From positions 398,570 through 430,569 of the forward strand of contig NW_008806283.1 in NCBI RefSeq assembly GCF_000400465.1: a stretch of DNA of 32,000 nucleotides, read 5' to 3'. This stretch comes from Wallemia ichthyophaga EXF-994. Taxonomy: Eukaryota > Fungi > Basidiomycota. A model generated the notes under the pieces. The model was given only the letters and a program-made list of their open reading frames with translations. It was not told the DNA's origin and did not search any database. Both the position numbers and the translations under genes were made by a program. Numbering within the stretch: position 1 is the stretch's first letter; each line of letters opens with the position of its first letter. Shown piece by piece: positions 1-11,706 of this stretch.

Positions 1-3000
1 GCCGAATTCACTTTACCTGACTATACGGCTAAACTTTCTTCAGTCAAAGGCACAGACCCATTCGAAGTTAACCAGCGCGTCGAAGATCCAAAAGGACCAG
101 ACCGTATTACAGACAGGGTCAAGTTCCATTCAATTAACACTGAAGCCAAATTCCAGCCTTTCTCATTCGAGGAGTTGCGTATGATGGATTACGAAAGAGG
201 CACAAGAAACTCCTCTCAAGCACCTTCTACCGGTGGCTTCGGTGCTTCTACTTCAGGCGGCTTTGGCAGCACATTTGGTGCTCCAAGCACCGGTAGCGCG
301 TTTGGCCAGTCAGCCGGTACTGGCGCTGGCGCTGGCGGCTTTGGATCAAATACAGGCTCTACCGGTGGTGGATTGTTCGGTTCATCTCAGCCTCAACAAA
401 ACAGTGCCTTTGGTGGCTCCTCTGGTGGATTTGGTCAGTCGCAACCAAGTCAGCCAGCGGGTGGTGGAGGCTTGTTTGGCCAATCTAATACCCAATCCAC
501 GCCATTTGGTGGTGGCTCTACTGGTAGCGCCTTTGGGCAGCAACCTAAGCCTTCCCTATTTGGTACGTGATGATGATGCTCAGCTTAGTCAATACTTACA
601 CGAGTACAGGCTCTACATCAACAAACACTCCATTTGGTGGCGCTGGCGGTGGTGCAGCTGGCGGATCTGCATTTGGTCAATCCAACCCACCTGCATCAGC
701 ACCATTCGGTCAATCTAGCACAGGAGGTGGCTTCGGCAGCAATACAGGTGCCAGCGGTGGTACAGGCTTCTCTTTCGGTGTGTAAACATACTTGAGATGT
801 CAATTTTGCTTAAATTTCCAGGCCAACCTGCTAGTACTACCCCAGCAACTGGTGGATTCGGTGCTGCAGCACAACCAAGTACTGGTGGTGGCTTATTCGG
901 ACAAAGCGCACAAAAACCAGCGTTTGGTGGAGCTTCCTCAACACGTAGGTGAAGTGTTGTTCATTCTGATCGCCTAACACCTCTCAAAGCATTCGGTCAA
1001 TCTTCCACTGGTGGTGGATTTGGTTCTGGTGCGACTGGCGGCTTTGGACAATCTCAACCGAGTCAACCACCTGCAGGAGGTGGTTTGTTCGGACAATCTC
1101 AGCCTAGTCAACCACCAGCTGGCGGTGGTCTGTTTGGCCAGCAGCAAAATAGCCAACAACAGCCAAGTAGTACAGGATTTGGAAGTGGTGGACTGGGTGG
1201 ATTCGGCCAACAAAACAAACCAGCGACATCTGGTTTTGGTGGATTCGGATCTACCAACACTGGTGGTACTGGTGGTGGATTTGGTGCAGGTGCTAGTACT
1301 GGCGCTGGTGGCTTTGGTCAAAACCAATCAAACACCGGCGCCTCTGGTGCTACTGGCGGCGGATTATTTGGTGGACAGCAGAACCAACAACAGCAGCCAT
1401 CTACTGGTGGATTTGGCTCTGGAGGTAGTGGATTTAGCTTTGGCCAAAACAGCCAACAACAGCAGCCACAACAACCAGCGCAACAGCAGCAGCCATCGAG
1501 TGGATTCAACTTTGGCGGTGGTTTAGGTGGTACCCAGAACAAGCCAGCAACTGGAGGATTCGGCAGTGGCTTTGGCTCGAATACAGGCACAGGAGGATCT
1601 ACTGGAGGTGGTGGACTTTTCGGTGGTGGCTTAGGATCATCAGCAAACAACAACAACACAGGAACGGGTGGTGGTGGACTGTTCGGCGGCGCTGCCAACA
1701 ACACCTCAACTGGAGGTGGTCTTTTTGGTGGTGGTGGTGCATCTGCTGCTCCGAAACCAGCTGGTGGATTGTTTGGCAGCACCGGTACTGGAGGAGGGTT
1801 TGGTGGAGGGTTGGGACAGTCTTCGACTGCACAACCTGCTCAAAACAACACTGGAGGCTTTGGCGGTGGCAGTTTGTTTGGACAGTCGACCCAGCAAAAT
1901 TCACTTCAACAATCGCAACCAAATTTGAGTGCATCGGTCGATCAGTCACCTTACGGAGCCAATCCATTATTTGATCTGGGACCAAATCCACAGATTGGAC
2001 CAACTGCCGTAGCGGTTGGAGGAGCATCAACTGTGAACAAGAAAAAACCAGTGTTGAATGCATCAGCAAGTATGCGTTCACCAGCTAGACCTTTGAACAG
2101 ACTGAGAGGATTCGCTGCATCACCAGGCACACCAATTTCACCTTCAGCTGGTGTTAACTTGTCATCATCGGTGATGCCACCGTCTTCACCAAGCATGAGT
2201 GTGAACGGAGGAATGAGATCATCCCAAAGATCATTGAATCTCTCAAGAGCTGGATCACCAGCTGCGTCGACGAATGGAGGAGTGTTGAGTGGATTGCCAA
2301 GCGAGAATGCCATGTCGCCAAATGCATTTATGCCACGCTCATCAGTAAAAAAATTGGTGATTGATCGCAAACCTATACCAGATTCACCAAGCGCGGCAGC
2401 GTCAGGATCGCCTAATAGTCTCGCGCAGAGCAAGACGGGTGCAAAAGTCAGCTTCAATCCGCATCTTGAAAAAGCAGCACAAGACAGCCATAGCGTTGGC
2501 CTCGGCGATAGTATATCATCAACACCTCACGAAAATACACCACTGAAGACATCAAATACTTCACAATTCGTTAAGTCTACTACACCAACAGCCAGCCCAC
2601 CACCATCAACAAATACACTCGGGTCATCAGTCGTCAGCGTAGAAGCATCACCGCAGATTGAGGAAGGCCACTACTACTCAATACCAAGTGTAGATGAACT
2701 AAACAAATACAGCTACAGGGAGCTGAAATCAGTAGAGGGATTGAAGGTCGGCCGAAAAGGATACGGTGAAATACACTTCCTTGAACCAGTCGATCTGACG
2801 ACACTGGATGGATTGAATGAACTGACGGATGGACAACTCGTTGTATTTGAGAGCAGAGTGGCTTACGTGTATCCAGATGGAGTCGAAGAAGGCGAGGATA
2901 ATCCAGAAAATGCACCACTCAAGCCAGCACCTGGACGTGGACTGAATGTAGCGGCTGAAATAGAATTAGAGGGCTGTTGGCCAAAAGACAAGGCGACTGG

Positions 3001-3133
3001 AGAGTATATTAAGGACGACTCGCATCCCAAGACATTGTCGCATCTCAACAGATTAAAGAAAGTTTCTGGTACGACGTTTGTTAGCTACGAAAGCAGAATT
3101 GGTAGATGGGTATTCCAAGTGCCTGGATTCTGA
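1..3133 (+). CDS. NUP98: FG/GLFG-repeat nucleoporin of the Nup98/Nup100/Nup116/Nup145N family, 5'-partial; join(<1..562,610..777,822..944,990..3133)
   Basis: Frame 1 is open from base 1 and encodes a GLEBS-like motif (KFHSINTEAKFQPFSFEELRMMDY). It is followed by many FG/GGLFG repeats and a C-terminal peptidase-S59-like domain (YYSIPSVDEL...VGRKGYGEIHFLEPVDL...GRWVFQVPGF*). Three GT-AG introns (563-609, 778-821, 945-989) join the ORF fragments in frame. Confidence 0.93.
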
Positions 3134-3207
3134 GAAAATAAAGTACTTAAAATTAATTTTTCCTGTTTTGCATTACGAGGAGGGGGTGTGAGCGTACCAT
3201 CATATCA

Positions 3208-4582
3208 ATGCACGAGCGGCGTTTGAGCAATATGCTGCCTATGCATCGAGGATATACCACACACAATAAGAATAAGCCGAGTAGAGATGATAAGACTTCA
3301 GGAGACAGTAAACTCAAATGGAGGAATAGGAGGGTGGGGCGAGTAGCGCGAGTGGGGATGAAACTAATGCTAGTGGGTCTCGCACTCGGAGCAATATTAT
3401 TCTTCTGGAGGTATGAGCTGCATATCGAGTTGGCCAAGTATAGGAGGGGCTGGGTGAAGACAACGATCAAGCAAACGGAACCGCTTGGCGGCTGCTTTGC
3501 GAGAGCGAGCGAGGATTACGAGTTGCGCCAAATAACATCACCTAAATACAACCAGCTCCAATCTGGTTTATCTTACAAGCATGGTTTTGATTGCTACGGA
3601 CACAGCAGACTGGTTCAGATGCAAGACGGTCAAGGTAAGGTGCGCTCGACTATTCATCTCTATTGGAGATCAGACATCGCTCCTCTCGGCTACAGAGAGA
3701 AAGTGCTTCTAGACTCCATTTTAGCTACCCAGGATCTTGATTTCGTTGATATTAAGCTATGGAGTAATGGCGATCTCCAACGCTTTAATGAGGAGTTCCT
3801 TGAACAGTATCTGCACGATTTTCCTCATCACTTTAGTGTTGGTAATGTTGATCTCCATGGCTTGGCTAAGGGCACACCGCTCGAAGCGAGCGACAGACTG
3901 AATCTCAACGATCAGCGCGCTTGGCTGGATGGAGATGTTGTAAGGATACTGCTTTTGTGGAACTACGGTGGTGTCTGGGTCGACATGGATAGTATCCTCA
4001 CGAGGGATCTTCAGCCACTGCTTGAGCACGAGTTTGTCACTCAATGGGATTGCTATGGTGGGCTTGATGTGCGTAGTTGTTAACTAAGCTAACCTCAAAC
4101 ACTAAGACAAACCTTACTCACCTTTGAACGGCGCAATGATGCATTTCAAAAAACACTCGCCATATCTCTGCGAAATGATGCACATAATGCAGTACGACCC
4201 AGAACCTCGCCAGGGATCGACAGACTGGGGAGCGCTGCTCTACCACAAGACACACCGTCGATTGTTAAACAACGATCCACCAATCAAGCCATTTGAAATA
4301 TTGCCATACTGCTTCACTGATGGCAGGAGCTGCAGACTTGATAACAGGATATTGGATCCTTTTGAGAAGGACCCAAGTTATACTGACCTTCACTGGTTGC
4401 AGTTCAGAGAGAGGCTTTCGTCAATATTCGCTATACATCTACACGGCCAATACAGCAAAAAGATACCAGAAGATGGTTGGATGCAACGTGAAGTGATTGA
4501 GAATCACAGGCGCAAGATAACTAAGATTATTCCGCTAATGACATACCCTAAAACTGATACATTCAACAACTCGAACCTATAG
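3208..4582 (+). CDS. Glycosyltransferase family 32-like (DxD) type II membrane protein; join(3208..4057,4107..4582)
   Basis: N-terminal hydrophobic anchor (LMLVGLALGAILFFW) and the motif DVVRILLLWNYGGVWVDMDSIL typical of GT32/Gly_transf_sug. Intron 4058-4106 (GTGGGC..GCTAAC..AAG) gives WDCYDKPYSPLNGAMMHF. Substrate unknown. Confidence 0.82.
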
Positions 4583-4630
4583 AATTGCTTAAATAGTGAT
4601 GTTAATATAGTGTACATGGAAATTCTATAA

Positions 4631-6783
4631 TCAACGGCGGTTTCTAGATGTTGCTCCGGGCTGTTGTTGAGCTTTTGCAGCGATGGGCTCAGCGCCACTG
4701 TCTCTGATCATGGCCTCAATTTCTCGTAATATCGGCTTGTGTTCTTCGTACTTGTCTTCTGCGAGCGTGAAGGCAACTCCTCGCAATTCCTTGGCATTCG
4801 CTTCTGGCATTTTCCGCGATGCTGCCTCCACCCACATATCTTTGGTACGCTCGAAGAACTGGCGAAGCGTTTCACCAGGTTGTGGGAGACTTTCATCTTC
4901 AGTGTGGGTGTTTTCAGAAGGTGCGTCTTGTGCGGTTGTGTAATGGATTTGCAGCTTTTCTTGCACCTCCTCGCCATTCACTTGCTCGTCATCATCACCC
5001 TCATTTTCACTTCCCTCATCGTCGTCGTCATCCTCGTCATCATCGTCATCCTGCTCATCTTCGATACCAACGACGTGGCACTCTTGAATGCACTTGAATC
5101 TATCCAGCTTATCGAGCGCAAGGGAGTGCATGTCATCGAGAGTGAATTCCTGTGTCCCCTGTTCGAAAATACCACCGAATCTAGCACAGTTAGGTGTGTT
5201 TTGAGAAAGAAGTGAAACACCCACATGTAGAGAGTATTGCGAAGGATAGCCAACATGGCATTATACCGTGGCATGGGGGTGGTTTTTTGTGGATCATCTG
5301 TATCTGCATCTGTATCTATATTTGCACCTGTACCTTGCTCATCTTCACTTTCACTCCCGTCTGGATGATTATCACTATCATCCTGCGCAGTAGCCTTAGC
5401 GGCCTTAGCAGCCTTCTTCTTGGCAGACTTTTTCTTCGCGCCTGCTTTTTTGGGTTTGCGGAGGTTGAGCGACTGCCATTTCCCTCCGCCTGGGAGATTA
5501 TAGCCGAAACTAGTGTGCGTGAGATGGGGTATATGCACAAGTCCACACTACGCACAGGTCATTGTGGAAAATAGATTGCAGCGATTCCTCAGAATCATCT
5601 ATGTCAGACACACCACCGAAAAGAACACCCATACTTTTGGCAGGCCAGTAGGTCATAGTTGCGCCTGATCGGAGGCTGTTTGTGTGAGTGTGTTGATAGC
5701 AAACCAGACGAGCAAGACATACCTTGGAACATAACCAACTTTCTTGCGACGGTCCCATTTGAAAGACGTGATGTTGTGCTCGTCGTTAGTTATTTTTAAC
5801 GCATAGCAGTCGTCGAGTGATTTAGCCACTGGACGTTTGCCTTTCTCGTATGTCTTGCAGAAGCCTGTTTATAGAGGAATAGGAGAAATTGGAATAAGAC
5901 GAGCATGCTAAATTGAAACCAACCTACCTCCATAAACCACAACTTCATTCTGCTCAGGACACGACAACAAGGAGAAACCAGACCTAGGACAAGGCTTGCG
6001 TTCGAGAGGGGACAAGTCGATCTTGCGCCATTTGAAATCATCCATCGAGAATACCCAGAGGTCGTCTAGATACGTGGTTCTGACGCCTGTATCGTGGAAG
6101 CCCTGGGGAGGGTGATTAAGTTGGTGTTATTGGGGCAACGCGACACCTCAACTCACCCCGAAGATAATGATAAGGTTTTTGAACACAGTCATACGATGAC
6201 CGGAGCGCGCAGATGGTCTAATCTTAGTATCAATCCTATCCCATTCTTTGGTTGTGATATCGAAGCACCAGAAGTCGGAGAAATGATAGAAAGTGGAGTG
6301 ACCAGCAAACTCACCACCGAATAGCCACAATTTACCACCACCTTGAGCAGTAAATACGGTCTGGTGGGCCGAGCGGGGTGCTGGAGCGTTCTTGCTCTTA
6401 TATTCCCTCCACTCACCGGAATCGCCTTTAGCTGGATCGAAGCGGTAAACGTTGTGGTAGGTGTGGAGACGATGACCATCGTAGTAGTCGCCACCGATAA
6501 GCCACAGATGGGCATTTGAGGGGTCTGGAGTGAGAGTGCCGTTCGCTCGTCTACTTGGAGGGTTTTGAAGGATTTCTTCAGTGACTTGAGTATTTTCCTG
6601 TGTATCTCTTTGGAATTGCTCGAGAATTGCTTCCAAGTCCTCTTCATCGTCGTCGTTGTGCTTCTTTGCTTTCTTGTCTTTCTGCTTCTCGGCGGATTTA
6701 GCAGCCTTGTCCTTCTTTGCTGCTTTGGCTGTTGCCTTGGACGAAGCCTTTGAGTCTGAAGACTTCTTCTCTTTTTTGGGCAT
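4631..6783 (-). CDS. KEL3: Kelch-repeat protein Kel3/KLHDC4-like with C-terminal DUF4110-type domain; complement(join(4631..5180,5225..5509,5556..5675,5723..5864,5928..6102,6157..6783)), 632 aa
   Basis: Lys-rich N-terminus, then kelch blades (PPSRRANGTL, PAPRSAHQ..LWLFGGEF, PSARSGHRM..IFGGFHD..YLDDLW, PRSGF..VYGGF, LFGGV, PRYNAML..IFGG), then PQPGETLRQFFERTK..F.LAE. Five GT-AG introns restore one continuous frame. Confidence 0.9.
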
Positions 6784-6810
6784 CTTGGTTGCTAGCGGTG
6801 AACAAGCGAA

Positions 6811-8109
6811 ATGTTCAGTTCGTTATTCAGGAGGGTGAGCGTGGTGATCTTATGCGTGCCACTCCCGCTCACACATCCCACAGAAAAACAAACACACGGA
6901 CTTCGAAAGCACGCTGAATGGCCTATCGAGCGACGTTATTGAACATCAAGCCAACTTGGCTGATATCAGAATACGCGAGCGACGTGCAACGCTATGGATA
7001 ACTACCTGCCTCATGCTCTTCTGGGCCACATATGTAGCTCTCTGGTATTTTGGAATCGTCGACTGGCTAATTTCAGTGGATGGAAGTGGTTTGAGTGGTT
7101 TATACAAATTAATAGCGTGGAGCGGTGTAGTAGTTGGTCCAATTATGTAGGTCTGAGTGATATCCTGCGCTGCACCTTACTCAAACAATCCCCAGGATGC
7201 TGTTCGCTAGACGCATCGCTAAAAGCTGGTATACGCGTATTGGATCACGGGAGGGTGAGAATGGAGTGTACACATCCCTTCATTCTATCTAACACACCCT
7301 CTTTTCTAGAAATCAGACTGCGCGACTTGCACACTTCACTCGTCAAAACACTCGAAGAGGTAAAGGTTAAGGCACCCTACAACGAGGCTAGAAGTCTCCT
7401 CGAAAGGTATGGCCCTACGGTGGGCATGACACCTCACGACGTTGCTCCTCTCACCCCCCAGAGCACACCAATGAAAGCAAAACACGCAACGACACCAATA
7501 CCCAGGACAAAAGAGCTGCCACAGACGCCAACTGCAGGCAGTGTAGGTACTTTAAACACTGTAAACACTGCAGGTCCAGCCACCCCAGCCACCCCACGCT
7601 CACCGCAAACACCAATAAGAACCCAGCAAACGCAGCTAAACCCACAAACACCCACATCAGCTGACAACTTGCATACGCAAACGTCACCAGCACGACAAAG
7701 AAGTTGGTACGATAGACTAGCAGATGCAATCCTAGGCGATGATCCTAGCAATTTGAGTGGAGACGTGAGTCAGAAGTACGCGCTGATTTGCGAAAAGTGC
7801 GCAAAGCATAACGGCTTAGTGCCCAGAGAGCAATATATGGAGTTGCGATGGGAGTGCAGATTCTGCCAGCATATGAATCTACCCCCACGGAGAAAAGCGG
7901 TGGCTAGAACGGCATTACAGGGTGATGGTGGTGGTAGTGGCGGTAGTGGTAGTAGTACACATAATACACACAAGCCAAGTCCGCTAAGCCAGGTGAATCA
8001 GGAGGAGAAAGAGAAAGCTGAGCAGGAGAAGGACGAAAAAAAGGAAGAAAAGACAGAGCAGCTTCCAGCGCAGTCAAATCCAAAACCAATGCCAAAATCA
8101 AAGTCATAA
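6811..8109 (+). CDS. LNP1: Lunapark, ER three-way junction protein; join(6811..6834,6884..7146,7196..7254,7310..8109), 381 aa
   Basis: N-terminal DFESTL coiled coil, two hydrophobic segments, the motif SWYDRLADAILGDD, and a C4 zinc ribbon (YALICEKCAKHNGL...WECRFCQHMN). Introns 6835-6883, 7147-7195 and 7255-7309 are all GT-AG and frame-restoring. Confidence 0.9.
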
Positions 8110-8145
8110 ATGAACTGTCCTGTATAAGTTATTGAGATATCATAA

Positions 8146-8651
8146 TTACGCTAAGAAAAGAGCTGAGAGTGCAGCAGAGGCTAGGAGGATTCCAATGCTG
8201 AGTGTATATGAGAAAGCAGAAGAAGCTGCGATGTAGTCTTCACCCGGACCTGCATTCTTCATTCCAGAGCCGGGAGAAGGAGCTGGACGTGCTGGTGGTG
8301 TGAAATGTTAGTGGTAGTAGCATTAGCATCTGCATAGCGTAACCCACCAGCAGCTGATTTAGCTTCGTCGGAGAGGGATTCCGTCGCGGAAGGGGTGGCT
8401 GAGCCCGTGGAGGTGGAACTGTCGCTGGCTGTGTTGCTGCTGTTGGTGGTGCTTGTGGCGGTGTCGCTGTTGCTGTTGCTGTTGTTGTCGTTGTCATTGT
8501 TGTTCTCGTCGCCGTTGTTATCGCCATTGCTATCGTCGTTATCACCACCATTATCCCCCCCAGTATCACCCCCATTATCCCCGTTGTTATCCTGTGCTGC
8601 TACCAAGACTAATAAAGCCAGCAGCAGCGCTAGAAGCAGCGTGAATCGCAT
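8146..8651 (-). CDS. Small secreted N/D/G- and S/T-rich protein, probably GPI-anchored; complement(join(8146..8291,8348..8651)), 149 aa
   Basis: Signal peptide MRFTLLLALLLALLVLVAA, then an acidic GDN-repeat tract and an S/T tract. Intron 8292-8347 (GTGGGT..ACTAAC..CAG) yields the C-terminus ARPAPSPGSGMKNAGPGEDYIAASSAFSYTLSIGILLASAALSALFLA*, which resembles a GPI signal. Confidence 0.72.
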
Positions 8652-8929
8652 GAGTTGGGTGGTGGCTGTCGATAAGGAAAAGGAAGATGCGGCGTAGCGT
8701 GGGCGTGCAGACAGCGCAGGCGAATGAAAGCCATAATCGCCATCACAGCACCAACAGACATGGCTTAATATATAAATATTACATGCTGTTAGGCGTTTAA
8801 CTTGAGCTGGGTGTATCGACACGGTCTGACATGACGAGTGTCGAATATACATTATTTAAATCACAGCAGCCAGAGCAGCAAAGAGCTGCTACACTTGAAA
8901 AGCCCCGACTTGCACGTTGTTCGAGGACA

Positions 8930-9852
8930 ATGACGACGCCGATACTCAAACTGCCGAATGAGCTGCTGATAGAGATATTACGCCAAGTGCCCAGACTAGC
9001 GTATGCCAGCAAGCGTCTCTATCCGCTCGGGTACACCTTCAACGCGTTGTCGATAGTGGGGCCCGGTGGATGCGACAGGAACGGTTTCGACAGCCGTCGC
9101 CATGCCCTACACGCGTATAAGCGATTCTCGAAATACCTCACCAGTCTCAGTCTGATTCCTTCGGCAGCTGAGTCAGTCAAGTGGGTCCGAAAGATACCGA
9201 TGCCGATGACAAACATTCACAACAACGCCAGGAAGATCGCCATAGGGATGGGTAAATGCAGGACGAGGCTGAGACCTCCTCGTTACGGTCGCACGGCTTA
9301 CCACACGCATATCGATGGCTGTCTCAGCAGGCTGTGTGGGTTGTAGCAAGTCACCTTGGGTGGCCTTCACCTACTGACTTGGAGAGAATCTCACTTAGCT
9401 CGACAGTCACAGATATCACTGTCACCCTCAAGAAACCTTTGAGTCGGTGGTGTGGTGTCCTGCAGACTCTACTGCATATCGCACCCGCTGCCATCAATAT
9501 TCGCATCTACTTTCTGGCCGCGAGTGTAGAAGATTACATACTCGCAGCGCATGAGAACGTGGAGATAGTAAATAACGACGACAGAGACAGCCCACGTCTG
9601 GAGAGAGTAATATTCATAGTTATCCCGGCTATGAAGAAGCCAAATACGAATGGGGAATACAAGGGATTGGAATACCCAACTGAATATGAGGATATGATCG
9701 AATCTTGCATTGTTTTTGACAAGGTGGATAGCGGTAGATTGGAGAAAAGGCTATGTGCAACGCATACCATCTACACGCTCGCTGATAGCTATGGCTTTGA
9801 GAGGTGCTTGTGTTGCGTGCAGGATGGACTGGAGGGTATGGTTGTTGTTTAG
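8930..9852 (+). CDS. Putative F-box-like protein in two frames (8930..~9251 and ~9347..9852), joined by an uncertain 95-nt intron or a frameshift
   Basis: MTTPILKLPNELLIEILRQV resembles an F-box start (LP.ELL.EI). The only frame-compatible canonical junction I found is GTAAAT 9252 to TAG 9346. The upstream in-frame ATG at 8831 is an alternative start. Confidence 0.5.
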
Positions 9853-10007
9853 CCCTCAAAGCAAGACAAGATGAATATTCTACTTGATCTATTACTCCTT
9901 GGCTCCATCGCAAGTGATTTGTGTGCTATATGTGCTATTCGTGCTGTTTGTGTCATCCCCTGTGCCATTTCTCTTCTCTACTATCACCACCAAAATAAAC
10001 CAAGAAG

Positions 10008-11628
10008 ATGGCTGAGAATGCAAGCCACAGCCAGGAGATAGAAGCGGGCGAGGAGAGTGGTATAGCGGAGCCCGACCAGGACCAGGAGCGGTCAAAGGAG
10101 CCGACGACAGAGCGAGATCAGAAGGCAGAGCACACACAGCACGCAGCAGACAATGATAGCATCAGCAATACCACCAACGACAGCACCAGTAATACCACGA
10201 ACGGCACCACCACCACGACGACCACCACAACGAATGCCGCCTTGCAAGCGCAACTGTCCGCTCTTCAAAGCGACAAGAACAAGCTCGAAGCACAATACCG
10301 GAGTCTATTAGGCAAGTTATCGAGTATGCGCGATACGCTCGGGTCGAAGCTCCAAGAAGACGCCGAGGAGCTAGACCGGCGCGAGGCACAGATAGCGGAG
10401 CTGCAGACGGGGCTAAATGTGGAGCAAGAGCGAGCGTCAACAGCTGAGCGGCAGCTGCGGGAGGAAGAGGACCGCAGTGCCGGTCTAGCGAGTGAAGTGG
10501 GAGTATTGCGCTCGCGTATCTCCTCTGCGGACAGAACGGCTCAGGAGGCGGCAGAGGCGGGCGCCCATGAGTCTGCTTCCCTTCACCGGAGACTACGCGA
10601 GATGGAGGCTCATCTCGATCGCACTAAGGCTGAGAAAGAACATTGGCAAGCTCTCGCTGATGAGGAGCACTTCAGAGCTGAGCAAGCAGAAGAGGCAGGC
10701 AGTGAGGCTCACCTGCTCCTCGACTCGCGCACGAAGGAGTTGGACGCGGCGGGCGTTAAACTCGCTGATTGCTCAGCAGCTCAAAGGAACGTTGAAGGTC
10801 TCCTTAGTGAGGCGCAGATGGGTGCGTTGATGTTTGAATAGAATTCGTCTTGCTCACCTCATCATCCCCCTCAAAGCTAATCAGAAGGAGTTTGACGAGA
10901 TGAAACATCACTATGAGGCTCAGATACGTGGATTAATGGAGAAGAGTGAAGATGACGCGCGACAAGCGGCAGATGCCAAGGTGAATAGCGCGGTTAAGGC
11001 TACGTTTCCCTATCTAACACTAAACACAACATACAGGCCAGTTTAGAGATATTCAGACAAGACGCTGAGCGGACACCTGGGCTGGAGCAGGAGAGCAAAG
11101 AGAAGACGCTTCTAATAGGGAAAGTGAGGCATGAGGGTGAGTATTTAATTACGAAGAGGCAGCTCTTGCTAACCAACTCCAGCTGTCATTCTCAATGAAC
11201 ATCTCACAGAAGCACTGAAGAGACTGAAAGAATACAACACGTCAGACAGCGTGGATCGCCAACTAATATCGAACATCCTCCTCCAGTTCGTCACAACGCC
11301 GAGAAGCGACGGGAAGCGATTTGAGATGCTCACTTTGCTCGGGTCGATACTGAATTGGAATCAGTATGAGAGAGAGCAAGCGGGAATTGTCAGAGGTGGT
11401 AGTGGAAGGTATAACAACCCATCTCTACCGAGCTCACCGTCATCGAGCTACTTGAATAGCGCTTTTCGCAGCCCCGCGAACCACGATAACGCTTCGTTCG
11501 GCCAGCTGTTTGTAGAGTTCCTGCTGAATGAGGCGGGTGATGCACACGAAGAGACAGAGAAAGAAGAAAAGGATATAGGAAAACGTCCAAGAGGATCAAG
11601 TCATGTAGAGCGAAGAGAGAATGAATAA
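10008..11628 (+). CDS. RUD3: GRAB-domain golgin (Rud3/GMAP-210-like); join(10008..10821,10877..10980,11037..11136,11183..11628), 487 aa
   Basis: Long coiled coil with YRSLLGKLSSMRDTLGSKLQEDAEELDRRE, and C-terminal LLIGKVRHEAVILNEHLTEAL...VDRQLISNILLQFVTTPRSDGKRFEMLTLLGSILNW (GRAB-like). Three GT-AG introns. Confidence 0.85.
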
Positions 11629-11706
11629 AAGAAAAGGGAATTGTGCGTGTATTTGAGTGTGTTTAGTGAGATTAAATAATCCTCTGCCCCTTACAACACC
11701 ACCATC

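Noticed and set aside
233-2546. Many alternative-frame and antisense ORFs over the nucleoporin
   Set aside because: Shadows of the GGT/GGC-rich FG-repeat coding sequence, with no protein-like motifs.
4683-5574. Plus-strand ORFs (e.g. 4739-5215, 5194-5574) with hydrophobic look
   Set aside because: Antisense reading of the acidic D/E and K-rich codons of KEL3.
8395-8697. Plus-strand Leu/Ser/Pro-rich and poly-Cys ORFs (8395-8697, 8453-8644)
   Set aside because: Antisense or frame shadows of the N/D/S repeat in the secreted protein.
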